A program made the translations under genes and the position numbers. A stretch of DNA of 64,000 nt from a bacterium (GTDB lineage: Bacteria > Bacillota > Clostridia > Oscillospirales > Oscillospiraceae): NCBI GenBank assembly GCA_963590455.1, contig CAVAPH010000001.1, forward strand, positions 4,777-68,776, read 5' to 3'. The notes below the pieces were generated by a model. The model saw nothing but the letters and a program-made list of their open reading frames with translations, was not told the DNA's origin and ran no database searches. Numbering within the stretch: the first letter of the stretch is position 1; each line of letters begins with the position of its first letter. Positions 1 to 10,075 of this stretch are shown here, piece by piece.

Positions 1-1832
1 CACTGCCAGATGCCGATGCCCTGAGTGCAGTGCTTTACGGCCTGCTCCATGGTCAGCCACTGGGGGCGCGGGTGCTTGGATGCGACGATTACGTTGACGT
101 AGTTTCTCGAACGGATGCAGTGATCAAAGCAGCTGAGCAGGCAGTTTGCATCCGGCGGCAGATACAGGCGGACAACGTCTGCCTTCTTGTTGGCAACATG
201 ATCGAGGAAGCCGGGATCCTGATGCGTGAAGCCGTTGTGGTCCTGCTGCCACACGTTGGAGGCGAGCACGTAGTTGAGAGAGGCAATCTTCTGTCTCCAG
301 GGCAGCTGATTGCAGACCTTGAGCCATTTTGCGTGCTGGGCAAACATGGAGTCGACAATGCGGATAAAGGCCTCGTAGCTGTTGAAGAAGCCGTGACGGC
401 CGGTCAGCAGATAGCCCTCAAGCAGACCCTCGCAGACGTGCTCGGAGAGCATGGAGTCCATAACTCTGCCGTCGGGAGCGAGGTGATCGTCGGTGTCATA
501 AACCTCGCCTGCCCATGCTCTGTCAGTCTCTTCAAAGACTGCGGAGAGGCGGTTGGAGGTTGTCTCATCAGGGCCGAAGGAGCGGAAGCTGCGCTCGTTC
601 TCGTTGAGCTTATATATGTCGCGCACAAAGTTGCCGAGCACGGACATATCCTGCGCCTCGACGGCACCGGGGTAGGTGACATCCACGCCGAATTCGCGGA
701 AATCGGGCATGCGCAGATCCTTGAGCAGGAGTCCGCCGTTTGCATGCGGGTTTGCGCCCATGCGGCGGTTGCCCTTCGGCGGGAAGTCGAGCAGCTCCTT
801 CACGGGGACGCCGTTCTCGTCAAACAGCTCCTCAGGATGATAGGACTTCAGCCACTCTTCAAGCTGACGGATATGCTCGGGCGTATCGGGCTGAATGGGG
901 ACCTGATGTGCGCGCCAGTAGTTTTCAACCTTGAGACCGTCAACATATGCCGGACCGGTCCAGCCCTTGGGGCTGCGCAGCACGATCATAGGCCAGCGCG
1001 GGCGGTTGACATTGCCGTTCTCTCTTGCGTCCTTCTGGTAGGCAAGGATCTTTTCCACGCACTCATCAAGAGTGTCTGCCATGAGGCGGTGCATAACTGC
1101 AGGGTCATCACCCTCTACAAAATGGGGCTCCCAGCCGCAGCCGCGGAAGAAGTCCTCAAGCTCCTCATGAGAGATGCGGGCGAAGAGCGTGGGGTTTGCA
1201 ATTTTATAACCGTTGAGATGCAGAATCGGGAGAACTGCACCGTCGGTCTTGGCGTTTATAAACTTGTTGAGATGCCATGAGGTCGCGAGCGGGCCGGTCT
1301 CAGCCTCACCGTCACCGACAACGCAGGCAACAATCAGATCAGGGTTATCCGTCACGGCGCCGAATGAGTGAGCCAGAGAGTAGCCGAGCTCACCGCCCTC
1401 GTTGATGGAGCCCGGAGTTTCGGGTGCCACGTGCGAAGGAATGCCGCCGGGGAATGAGAACTGCTTGAATAGCTTCTGCATGCCCTCTTTATCGCGGGAG
1501 ATATTGGGGTAAACCTCCTGATAGCTGCCGTCGAGCCAGTCCTGCGCGACCATTGCGTTGCCGCCGTGGCCCGGGCCGGAGACGTAGATCATGTCGAGAT
1601 CGTATTTCTTGATTGCACGGTTGAGATGCGTATAGATGAAGTTCTGGCCGGGAACAGTGCCCCAGTGGCCGACAATCTTTTTCTTCAGACAATCCTCGGT
1701 GAGCGGCTTTTGGAGGAGTGGGTTATCCAACAAGTACAGCTGGCATGCGGAGAGGTAGTTTGCGGCACGCCAGTAGGCGTCCATAACGGCAAGCTCCTGC
1801 TCAGTTGCCGGAGTGGTTTTTCTTTCGTCCAT
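1..1832 (-). CDS. xfp: Phosphoketolase (xylulose-5-P/fructose-6-P), first ~610 codons; 3' end lies beyond the window edge
   Basis: Absent from the ORF track because it is open to the window edge. My minus-strand translation from ATG 1832-1830 (AGGAGG upstream) reads [81 protein letters not shown]. This contains both phosphoketolase signatures (EGGELGY and the GDGE TPP-binding motif). The + strand ORF 30..1280 is its antisense shadow. Confidence 0.9.
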   Translation of the reverse strand, partial: MDERKTTPATEQELAVMDAYWRAANYLSACQLYLLDNPLLQKPLTEDCLKKKIVGHWGTVPGQNFIYTHLNRAIKKYDLDMIYVSGPGHGGNAMVAQDWLDGSYQEVYPNISRDKEGMQKLFKQFSFPGGIPSHVAPETPGSINEGGELGYSLAHSFGAVTDNPDLIVACVVGDGEAETGPLATSWHLNKFINAKTDGAVLPILHLNGYKIANPTLFARISHEELEDFFRGCGWEPHFVEGDDPAVMHRLMADTLDECVEKILAYQKDARENGNVNRPRWPMIVLRSPKGWTGPAYVDGLKVENYWRAHQVPIQPDTPEHIRQLEEWLKSYHPEELFDENGVPVKELLDFPPKGNRRMGANPHANGGLLLKDLRMPDFREFGVDVTYPGAVEAQDMSVLGNFVRDIYKLNENERSFRSFGPDETTSNRLSAVFEETDRAWAGEVYDTDDHLAPDGRVMDSMLSEHVCEGLLEGYLLTGRHGFFNSYEAFIRIVDSMFAQHAKWLKVCNQLPWRQKIASLNYVLASNVWQQDHNGFTHQDPGFLDHVANKKADVVRLYLPPDANCLLSCFDHCIRSRNYVNVIVASKHPRPQWLTMEQAVKHCTQGIGIWQ

Positions 1833-2093
1833 AGCTAAACCTCCTGATTAAATATATATCCTGGGTACGCTTTCATAATAGCAGGAAAATCAGTGATAAT
1901 CAATTGACAGGATTGCAAAATGATTGCCGCGGCGAAAAACAAAAACGGGCAAAATTTATGCTTTTCGCCGAAATTGCAAGCCATTATATGTAACATATGC
2001 CGAAAAAAGCGGCACGCCCGGCCGAATACAAGCCGAACATGCCGCAAAACGGATTGAATTTTGAGAGAACTGGGAGAGAAAATATAAAAGCTG

Positions 2094-3041
2094 TTAAAGC
2101 TCGGGTCTGGCGGATTTTACGGCCCTCAGTATGGCCTTTTCCATGACCTCCGCCGCCAGAGTACCGGCAACGTTTATGTCGGCGTCCACGTTGCCGATGG
2201 ATGCAGCGTATATGGTGTCGCCGTCTGCCATTGTGCCTACGGGGTTTATGCATCTTGCGTAGGCATTTCTTGCCATTGAGGCGATCTTGCTCATCTCGGC
2301 CTTTGTAAAGCCGGCATTGGTGACAATAGCGCCTATTGTAGTGTTGCCGGTGAACATATCGGTTTTCTTGCAGATTTTATAAAGCTCGGTGCGGGAATCG
2401 ACAAGCTCACCCTCCGCATTTCTCAAGCCTGCGAGCTCGGCGCCGGTCTTGGGGTCGTACACATCGCCCAGCGCGTTGACAGCCACAACAGCCGCCATTT
2501 CAAGATCACCGAGTCTCAGCGCACAGATGCCGAGACCGGAGTTTGACGCGAAATCCATGCCGCATATCTTGCCCACGGTAGCGCCGCAGCCAGCGCCGTA
2601 ATCGCCGCATTTCGGGTCGTTCTTCTCTGCATCGAGGCAGGCGGCATATCCCATTTTGGCATCGGGTCTGACATCAGCCCTGCCGTAGCAGAGATCGTAT
2701 ATGCATGAGCCGCACACCAGAGGAACCTTTGCAAAGCGCGTGTCATAGCCGATATCGCGCTCTTCAAAATAGTGCATGATTCCGGAGGCTGCCGCCAGAC
2801 CGAAGGCGGAACCGCCCGCGAGCATGACAGCGTTTACCGGGGTATCCGCAGTTGTCGGATCTGCAAGATGAGTCTCTATTGCAGCGGGGCCGCCGCCGCT
2901 GACGTCAATGCCGACTCTGGCCTTTTTATCGAATATGAGCACGGTTACGCCGGTCTTTGCCTCCTCGTCCTGCGCGTTTCCGATGCGAAGACCCTCAATG
3001 TCCTGAATTTTTATTTCCTCTGCAAGCTCAATGGCATTCAT
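2094..3041 (-). CDS. P1 (S58) family peptidase, DmpA/BapA-like aminopeptidase
   Basis: 315-aa ORF with AGGAG upstream of ATG 3041. GGSAFGL and NTTIGAIVTNA motifs are typical of the DmpA-type Ntn-hydrolase family. Confidence 0.75.
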   Translation of the reverse strand: MNAIELAEEIKIQDIEGLRIGNAQDEEAKTGVTVLIFDKKARVGIDVSGGGPAAIETHLADPTTADTPVNAVMLAGGSAFGLAAASGIMHYFEERDIGYDTRFAKVPLVCGSCIYDLCYGRADVRPDAKMGYAACLDAEKNDPKCGDYGAGCGATVGKICGMDFASNSGLGICALRLGDLEMAAVVAVNALGDVYDPKTGAELAGLRNAEGELVDSRTELYKICKKTDMFTGNTTIGAIVTNAGFTKAEMSKIASMARNAYARCINPVGTMADGDTIYAASIGNVDADINVAGTLAAEVMEKAILRAVKSARPEL

Positions 3042-3126
3042 GTTTTTAATGCTCCTGATTAAAAAATAATTATAAGCGGATTATAGCGCGAACGGCGCAA
3101 AAATACAATAGCGGGGGAAAGCGGAC

Positions 3127-3159
3127 AAAAAAATTCGGGGCACACGAATGTACCCCGAA
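3127..3159 (-). terminator. Rho-independent terminator downstream of coaX
   Basis: On the minus strand: TTCGGGG..loop..CCCCGAA followed by seven T, 15 nt after the coaX stop. Confidence 0.75.
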
Positions 3160-3174
3160 GAGAAGCTGTGATGA

Positions 3175-3942
3175 TTATTTCTTGTTTTTCTTGTAGAGAA
3201 TCCAAAGCCCCTTGAGCAGAAGATCGTTGTCGCAGATTATCTCATGGCGGCAGTACGGAGTGACAAATTTTGCGATGCCGCCCGTTGCGATGAGCTTGCA
3301 CTTTTCACCGAGCTCCTGCTCCATGCGGTCGATCATACCGTCGATCATTCCCGCCGTGCCGAATACGGCGCCGGAGCGCATGCAGTCGACAGTGTTTTTG
3401 GAGATGCACTTTTTCGGAGCGGTTATGGATATGTCCGGCAGAAGACTTGTCCCGGAGGAGAGTGCTGCATACGAGAGCTTTACTCCCGGGAAAATCGCAC
3501 CGCCGAGATAGCAGTTTTGCGCGTCGATGGCGACAATGGTGGTTGCGGTACCCATATCCATGACGATGCACGGAGTGCCGTAGCAGTTCATTGCGGCAAC
3601 GCTGCCGACGACGAGATCAGCGGCGAGTGTGCCGGGGTCGTCTATCTTCACGTTCATGCCGGTCTTTATGCCGGGGCCGACCATCAGGCAGCTGCACCCG
3701 GTGACAAATTTTATCGCGCGCTGAAGCCGCCCTGTTACGGGAGGAACAACGGAGGAGAGTATTGCACCCTCAAATGTGCCGGGATCTACATTGTTTATCT
3801 CAAGAATGTCCTTGAGCTTTATTATATATTCATCAGCCGTCTGATATAAGTTGGTCTGTATGCGGGCTATGTTGAGTATTTCGCCGTTTTCTATGCAACC
3901 TAAAACTATGTTGGTGTTGCCGACGTCGACTGCAAGTATCAT
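3175..3942 (-). CDS. coaX: Type III pantothenate kinase
   Basis: 255 aa. N-terminal MILAVDVGNTN (ASKHA phosphate-binding motif) and overall CoaX-like sequence. Its ATG overlaps the stop of the upstream gene (ATGA). Confidence 0.9.
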   Translation of the reverse strand: MILAVDVGNTNIVLGCIENGEILNIARIQTNLYQTADEYIIKLKDILEINNVDPGTFEGAILSSVVPPVTGRLQRAIKFVTGCSCLMVGPGIKTGMNVKIDDPGTLAADLVVGSVAAMNCYGTPCIVMDMGTATTIVAIDAQNCYLGGAIFPGVKLSYAALSSGTSLLPDISITAPKKCISKNTVDCMRSGAVFGTAGMIDGMIDRMEQELGEKCKLIATGGIAKFVTPYCRHEIICDNDLLLKGLWILYKKNKK

Positions 3943-4556
3943 CAGTGTTTCCTGCCTTTGGTGTATTTAATGATCGCGGTGATGCCTGAGGACAAAATGA
4001 TGTTGATTGCCAGCTCCACAAGGAAATTGATGCCGGTCAGACCGAAGATGATGTAATAGAGAACACCCTGACCGCTTGCCCAGCTCTCCAACGTGGAAGT
4101 GAAGAAAAGAAGCATACCGATGATGAAAAGCCCGGTGTTTGCAACGGGGCAGAGAATGCCGGCCACGAGGACTGCCAGCTTTTCATTGTGCTTTGCAATT
4201 GCCCTGTAGACAAGACCGGAGACCCAGCCTGCGCCCGTGCCCTTGAGCACGCACACCAGAACCAGTGCCACGGGACTTATGCCTAAAAGAAGCATCACCG
4301 TGCCGCCGTCCCATCCGGCGATACCCGTCAGCAGAACCACAACGCCGAACACGGTTCCCAGAATAGCACCGGCGGAAGGCCCGTAGAGTGCGGCACCGAC
4401 AACGATGGGTGCAAGGGAGAGCGTGATGGTGAATGGACCGAAGCGGATAAATGTGCCGAGGACTGTCAGCACGGCGACGATTGCCGTGAGCATGCTCAAC
4501 CCGGTAAGACGGCGGGTAGAAGCATCAGACTTGCTTTTGCTAAGATTTGCGCTCAT
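3942..4556 (-). CDS. ECF transporter S component, probably pantothenate-specific (PanT-like)
   Basis: 204 aa with about 6 hydrophobic helices and the size and composition of ECF S components. It is translationally coupled to coaX. The substrate is inferred from this context only. Confidence 0.55.
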   Translation of the reverse strand: MSANLSKSKSDASTRRLTGLSMLTAIVAVLTVLGTFIRFGPFTITLSLAPIVVGAALYGPSAGAILGTVFGVVVLLTGIAGWDGGTVMLLLGISPVALVLVCVLKGTGAGWVSGLVYRAIAKHNEKLAVLVAGILCPVANTGLFIIGMLLFFTSTLESWASGQGVLYYIIFGLTGINFLVELAINIILSSGITAIIKYTKGRKH

Positions 4557-4687
4557 ATTAAATTTACCTCCTGCTGTCGCTCTTTCAAGAAGATGCGGCG
4601 CAGGTTCATAGTAATATGAGACTGTTCAAATGTCAATACATATTTTAAAGTTTGCCCCTCCTCGTGTATACGAAGAGGGGCAAAAAA

Positions 4688-6139
4688 TCAGTTTGCCACA
4701 TTGTGGTGCATCCCGGGTGATGTTATATCGAGCGCGCGGAAGCTGTAGCCGTTTTCTGTGCCCCATTTGAGCACGGATTCTACCGCGGCGACGCTGAATT
4801 CTTTAATGTCATGCTGCAGCACGACAGCACAGCGCTTCCCGCTGCAGCCGCTGATAATATTAGAGGCGACTTTATCTGAGCTGCTCGCTCCGCCGGCATC
4901 GTTGCTGTCGACATTCCAGTCAAAATAGTGATAGCCCATTGAGTTTATCCGGCTCACGAGGCGCGACATTATCCCGGAGTTAAAGCTGCTGACGGTGTTG
5001 GAGCTGCCGCCGGGGAAACGGCAGAGCTGAGTGTAGCTGCCGGTGAGGGAGTATATCATGTCCTCGGTTGCGGTGAAATCGTCAAAAAAGCTGTCCTCGC
5101 TCGAATATATGCTGCTGTAATTATGCGAATAGGTGTGCACACCGATTGCATGCCCCTCGTTGTAGGCGCGCGTAATGGAGCTGCGGTACTGCTCACGGTT
5201 GCCGGTGACAAAGAACGTGGCCTTTGCACCGTATTTCGCCAGTACGTCCAGCAGCGCATCTGTATACGGGCCGGGGCCGTCATCAAACGTGAGATATATT
5301 ACTTTTTCATCCGGCGTGACCGTCTCAACGCCCGTGCTGCCGAACACAGTCACGTTTCGCTCTGCGCTCACAGTGTCGCCGAGTGAGTTCGTAATGCTGT
5401 AGGTGATGACATAGCTGCCCGGAGTATCTGAACGGAATGTGTCGCTTACCTTTACGTACGCGCCGTAGTCGTTGCCGTATTCGTCATACGCGGCGCAGCC
5501 GGGGTCTGCATAGTGCGGCCGTGCGCTTATTGTCACGCTGCTCTCGCCGAAGAGCTTTATTTCCGGTCTGCCGGAGGTGTAGCTGATCTGACGCGTGACC
5601 TCGGCGCGATTGCCGGAGCTGTCCGAAACCGAATATATTATGCTGTCTCCGCTCGTTTCGGTCTGCACCTCGGCGGTGAGATCTCCGTCATGCGCATCCT
5701 CGGCCCTGTAGCCCTCATCGATATAGCCCGTGAGCCAGCTGGGCTTATAATCCGGGTTTGAGCTGAGCGTTATAACGGGCGGCGTCGTGTCCACAACGTC
5801 AACAATGCGCTTTGTCGTGTATTCCTGGGAATTATACTGCACCGAGTACACAAGCGTGTAGCTGCCGAGATTGCCTGTGTCTACCTGTCCATCACAGCTG
5901 ACCTTCAGCGGCCGCGGAAACGTAAACGATCCGATTGCCACGGCCTTCACACCGGGGTCTTTGAATTCCTCGCCGTACTCCGTCTGCATCTGTGCGTCGC
6001 CGCTTATATAGAAGCGTACATGCCGCTTGTCCGACAGGAAAAACGAGCCCACCGCGAGTATAAAGACGAACACCGCAACCGCGATTACCGCGGCATCAGC
6101 CGTTCGATTATATTTTAATAAGTTCAGGAGCTTTTTCAT
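4688..6139 (-). CDS. Membrane-anchored polysaccharide deacetylase (NodB domain) with Ig-like repeats
   Basis: The likely start is ATG 6139 (MKKLLNLLKY.. then a TM anchor), not the track start 6238. It has three DUF5011/Ig-like repeats and a C-terminal NodB domain with TFDDGP and HTYSH motifs. Confidence 0.85.
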   Translation of the reverse strand: MKKLLNLLKYNRTADAAVIAVAVFVFILAVGSFFLSDKRHVRFYISGDAQMQTEYGEEFKDPGVKAVAIGSFTFPRPLKVSCDGQVDTGNLGSYTLVYSVQYNSQEYTTKRIVDVVDTTPPVITLSSNPDYKPSWLTGYIDEGYRAEDAHDGDLTAEVQTETSGDSIIYSVSDSSGNRAEVTRQISYTSGRPEIKLFGESSVTISARPHYADPGCAAYDEYGNDYGAYVKVSDTFRSDTPGSYVITYSITNSLGDTVSAERNVTVFGSTGVETVTPDEKVIYLTFDDGPGPYTDALLDVLAKYGAKATFFVTGNREQYRSSITRAYNEGHAIGVHTYSHNYSSIYSSEDSFFDDFTATEDMIYSLTGSYTQLCRFPGGSSNTVSSFNSGIMSRLVSRINSMGYHYFDWNVDSNDAGGASSSDKVASNIISGCSGKRCAVVLQHDIKEFSVAAVESVLKWGTENGYSFRALDITSPGMHHNVAN

Positions 6140-6261
6140 CGTCTGTCTGTGCCTCCGTTTTTGCGAACATAAGACGTCACGAGAGCCGAATTTGTTCTGC
6201 GTTGAACAGAGAAATGCGCGGGCGAATAACAGGCCCACGCATATTTTTATGTTTTATAAAT

Positions 6262-7314
6262 TCAGAGCTTATCCGTAAGCTTGTTGACATGCGGCTTGAG
6301 CCAACCGCTGATGAGATGCAGAATCCATGCCGTAACGAATACCTCTGCGATGGTTATCACGGCCTCAAGCCATACGTTGCCGAGCTTTCCTATGATCGTC
6401 AGGCAGCCCTCGACAAATATCATGTGCACAAGATAGACATCGTACGAGAGCGTATCCGTCGTGTCGAAAATCTTCTTTGTCCAGTCCGGCCACTTTACGG
6501 AGCGGGTGAGTATAAAGAGCGTGAGGAAGACGCCAAGCCCGAAGGTCACAACGCCGTACTCAAAGAGAAATACGAAAAGATAATATACCGCGGTGGATAC
6601 CTGCCCGCCGACACTGTCATAGTAATAAAACTTGTACCAGTAGGTCAGCACGGTCAGTGCCACGCCGACAACTGCGCTTATAAGCCACAGAAGACGCAGC
6701 TTTTTCTCATCCTTTATCTCCGGCAGGAAGAAGCCGATGACATAGCAGCTCAGCCAGTATGCCATGAAGTACGACTCATATGATTTGAGCAGCACCTCCA
6801 TCGCGGCAATGAGCAGAATCACGCCGGCGAGCATGCAGTTTTTTGCGCGGAAGTATTTCTTCAGATCATAGAGCGCGGGCGTTACCATGTAGCAAAGCAG
6901 GCAATGGCAGACATACCACAGGTGATGCACACCCTGCCAGCCGCTTCTTGTCAGCAGCATTTTATATATATTGCTGCCCGTCAGATTCTCCGGCGCAACG
7001 AAGTAATAGACAGGGATTATCAGCAGAAATACGCACAGATAATAATCAAGCAGTATTTTTACAAAGTTTTTCAGAACAAAGCTCACGCGGGAGCCGGGCT
7101 CATCAAAGCTCTTGTGTGCGTAGAGATAGCCGCTGAGCAAAAGAAAAATCTGCACTGCGGTTGAGAGAAGATTTGCCGTTATCTCATGCCCCGCCTGCTG
7201 GAACATGTGGCAGGTGAGAAGAGAGAACATGGCAAGAAAGCGCATCAGGCTGAGAGAATAGTTTTTAACGCGCGGAGCACGCACTGCTCCGTCCGCAGCT
7301 TGCAGTGTACCCAT
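6262..7314 (-). CDS. Acyltransferase family 3 (OafA/NolL-type membrane O-acyltransferase)
   Basis: 350 aa, about 10 TM. N-terminal LMRFLAMFSLLTCH resembles the Acyl_transf_3 signature with its conserved His. It lies next to the deacetylase. Confidence 0.7.
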   Translation of the reverse strand: MGTLQAADGAVRAPRVKNYSLSLMRFLAMFSLLTCHMFQQAGHEITANLLSTAVQIFLLLSGYLYAHKSFDEPGSRVSFVLKNFVKILLDYYLCVFLLIIPVYYFVAPENLTGSNIYKMLLTRSGWQGVHHLWYVCHCLLCYMVTPALYDLKKYFRAKNCMLAGVILLIAAMEVLLKSYESYFMAYWLSCYVIGFFLPEIKDEKKLRLLWLISAVVGVALTVLTYWYKFYYYDSVGGQVSTAVYYLFVFLFEYGVVTFGLGVFLTLFILTRSVKWPDWTKKIFDTTDTLSYDVYLVHMIFVEGCLTIIGKLGNVWLEAVITIAEVFVTAWILHLISGWLKPHVNKLTDKL

Positions 7315-7541
7315 TGGAGATCACGTCCGTTTCTGTATTCATGCATCAAATTTACCGTGATATTATAACAGCCGCCGCAGAAAAAAGCTATAGTTATATT
7401 TGAGCGAAAAAGCCCGCGCAAATCGCAATCAGCCGAGCAAGAGTGACATATTTTGCCCGACTGAAAAATATAAGCAAAAAACATAAGTAAAGAGATAAGT
7501 TAAAACAGCGCTAAGATTACCGGAGAAGAATATAAAAACTG

Positions 7542-7570
7542 TTGACAGATACTGCAAGGTAAAATATAGT
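7542..7570 (+). promoter_or_regulatory. Sigma-70-type promoter
   Basis: TTGACA (7542-7547), 17-nt spacer, TATAGT (7565-7570). It lies about 230 nt upstream of the lipoprotein gene at 7802. Confidence 0.6.
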
Positions 7571-7801
7571 AAAAACAGGATAAATAACAAGAAATGCATT
7601 AAATAAAAAATTTGAAAAAGGGCTGAGATGAATGAAGATCACAAAGTACAAAATAGAGGGGGCGATTCCGGTGGGCTGAATACAATATATAACTATTATA
7701 TTGCTCAAGGAGTGCAGATTTCGGGGTACGTATATACAGAATATTTGCAACCGTGATTTAGGACGCAGATATACATCAAAATTACAGGAGCGGCGGCCAA
7801 A

Positions 7802-9882
7802 ATGAAAAAAGTAATTTTATACGTGATTATTGCTGCACTTGCTTTGTCAATGCTGGCTGCCTGCGGAAACTCAGGTGAGACACAGCAGAAGGCGCAGGGG
7901 GAAGTCGGCAGTATCAGTTCAACCGGCGAATGGATAGGCAGCGGCAAATGCTATAGGGCAGAAAACGTTGAAAGTCTGCCAAATGTAACTGATATGCTGT
8001 GGATTGATCAGAATATATATTCCGTGGCCACATATGGTCAGGGACAATATGCACTGGCCAAAAACGGCAGTATTATTTACACGTTTCAGGGAAGTGTATA
8101 CGGGATTGATTCAACAGAAGCCGGAGAAATTTGGACGATCGAAGAGATATATACCGACGGAGAAGGCGACTACATTGTCAGCTGCTTGTCTGATGAAGGA
8201 ACGGTAATAAAGCAGTACAGCTTGGGATCGGAATACAGCGGGGAGAGCTTCAGCCAAAAAATGCGCCGTGCGGCAACAGCCTGTATATCGAATCATCGGA
8301 CATGCGCACGCTTGTCTGCATTGATGCATTGACCGGCGAAGTGTGTTCAGTCTCAATGCCGTCGGGTAAAGCAAGCATGGCAAGAGGGGCAGACGGTCAG
8401 ATTTATGCTGCCGAACAATCGGCGGACGGCGTTAAAGTGTATCTCTTTGACCGGCAGGAACAGAGCTTCACTCTCAAATTCGAGACTCAAAACGGCAAAC
8501 TGCTCGATGGCAGCGGCGACTTTCTGCTGCTTAGTGCAAACGATGACGGCCTTTATTCAATTGGCAATGACGGAAAAACAACGCCGATAATTATATGGGA
8601 CGAATGCGGCATCAATTTGGGCGAAATATACCGGCTATTTATCGAAAGCAACGGTGAAATGCTTTGCCACAGCCTTTTTGGGCTGAAAAAACTTGTGCCT
8701 GCAGAACCGGCAGAGATAAATATAAAAGAAAAACTGGAGATAGCCGGAATAGGTGCGTCATATGAGCTTCAATTGAAGGCAGCACAGTTCAACAATGCCA
8801 GCGATAAATATTATGTCAAGATAGTTGATTACTCTGATGACGGAGTGTTTGATGATGATCAGGCACTGACCAGATTAAATACGGAAATTCTCAGCGGGCA
8901 TGTTCCTGATATGATTTGCTTTAAAAATATTTCGCCTTATCCGTATATAAGCAATGCGCTGCTTGTAAATCTTAACGAGCTGCTTGCAAATGACGCGGAC
9001 ATTCATCGCGAGGATATAGCTGTCGTAAATGCACTGGAGCTGTCGGGAAAAATGTATTATATAAGCGATGGCTTTAATCTGGAGACATATGTCGCAAGAT
9101 ATTCCGAATTCGGCGACCATTTTGGCTGGACGCTTGATGAATATTCGGATGCCGACGACAGAAACGGCTCGGACACGCAAACTCTCTACAACATGACAAA
9201 GGAAGTCTTTTTAGAAAATCTTGCGTGCAGGTATTTCAGCCGGGCAGTGGACTGGAGCAATATGAGCTGTGATTTCAACACTGAAGATTTTGCCGAAATT
9301 CTTGAGTTGAGCGCAAAAATATCCGAAACACCGGAAGACTCGGACAGCATGGTGTACGGCTACGGCCCCACAATGGTGGGAACGGGTTATTTAACAGCGG
9401 CTGCCTCATGGGTGAACAGTGTTTGGAAGTTCGCGTACGAGGAAAAAATGGCCGGCTGCAGATTGAGCTGCATCGGCTGGCCATCGAGTGACGGAAGCTG
9501 CGGATCTGATGTCTATTTAGATAATCCCCTGGGAATTGTCAGCTGCGGCAGCAACATATCCGGCTGTTGGGAGTTTATAAAATATCTTCTGCTGAATTTC
9601 AATGAAAATAGTGACTTGCTGCCTATGTATATGCCGACACTTGAACGCGCGGCCGCCTATGCGAGAAACGACAGTAGCCTTCCCGTGCAGTTTACTCAGG
9701 CAGATGAGGAACGTTTTTTCAATCTTTTATCAGAGGTCAATAATACTGCGCTTTATGACGATACACTGAAAAATATAATAATGGAGAACAGCTCCGCATT
9801 TTTGAACGGAGACCGTTCACTGGATGAGACAATAAAATTAATACAGTCAAAAGCAAGCCTGTATTTAGCTGAGCTTGGCTGA
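7802..9882 (+). pseudogene. Frameshifted paralog of the large solute-binding lipoprotein at 42787..45267
   Basis: Track ORFs 7802..8332 (lipobox LAACGNSG) and 8302..9882 form one gene broken at an A6 run (8256-8261). Adding one A gives ..ESFSQKNAPCGNSLYIESSDMRTLVCIDALTGEV.. and a 693-aa product. The C-terminal half aligns by eye with the 826-aa protein (TEILSGHVPDMICF vs TEILAGNTPDILDL). Confidence 0.7.
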
Positions 9883-9891
9883 GTGAAAATC

Positions 9892-9930
9892 GGGGCACGA
9901 ATACCTGCAGGTGCCCAGCTTATATTTTTT
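9892..9930 (+). terminator. Putative terminator after the lipoprotein gene
   Basis: GGGGCAC..12-nt loop..GTGCCC, then AGCTTATATTTTTT. The T-run starts 8 nt after the stem, so this is only moderate. Confidence 0.45.
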
Positions 9931-9980
9931 CACCATCACCGCGTATATCACATTGCTGCCTGTTAAATCGGCGACAATCG

Positions 9981-10009
9981 TTGATATACGCGGTTTCATC
10001 TGTTATACT
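9981..10009 (+). promoter_or_regulatory. Sigma-70-type promoter of glyQS
   Basis: TTGATA (9981-9986), 17-nt spacer, TATACT (10004-10009). This leaves a leader of only about 60 nt. Confidence 0.55.
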
Positions 10010-10075
10010 GACATGTTGTTGGAAAACAACGAAATATTTATCTCTGCGGCAGCCAGCCGCGGGAAAGGATGTATT

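Noticed and set aside
30-1280. 416-aa ORF on the + strand.
   Set aside because: It lies antisense to the phosphoketolase gene, which has clear family signatures. The product is Ala/Val/Gly/Leu-rich nonsense with no start signals. This is a typical shadow ORF of a GC3-rich gene.
1904-1915. The 12-mer TTGACAGGATTG is shared with 24690-24701.
   Set aside because: Roughly a hundred identical 12-mer pairs are expected by chance in 64 kb. Neither copy has a properly spaced -10 element.
6140-6238. N-terminal extensions given by the ORF track. Examples: 4688..6238, 9911, 14975, 24515, 30799, 30836, 32619, 37645, 41981, 47267, 52873, 60695, 61963.
   Set aside because: The track opens ORFs at the first ATG/GTG/TTG after a stop. 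In each case an internal ATG with a GGAGG-like SD gives a normal family N-terminus. Several extensions would also run through terminators or promoters.
7615-7690. GGGCTGAGA in the leader, reminiscent of the CTGAGA box of TPP riboswitches.
   Set aside because: The rest of the THI-box is absent (ACCC pairing and CCTGATCTGGATAATGCCAGC-like pyrimidine-sensor helix), and the downstream gene is not thiamine-related.
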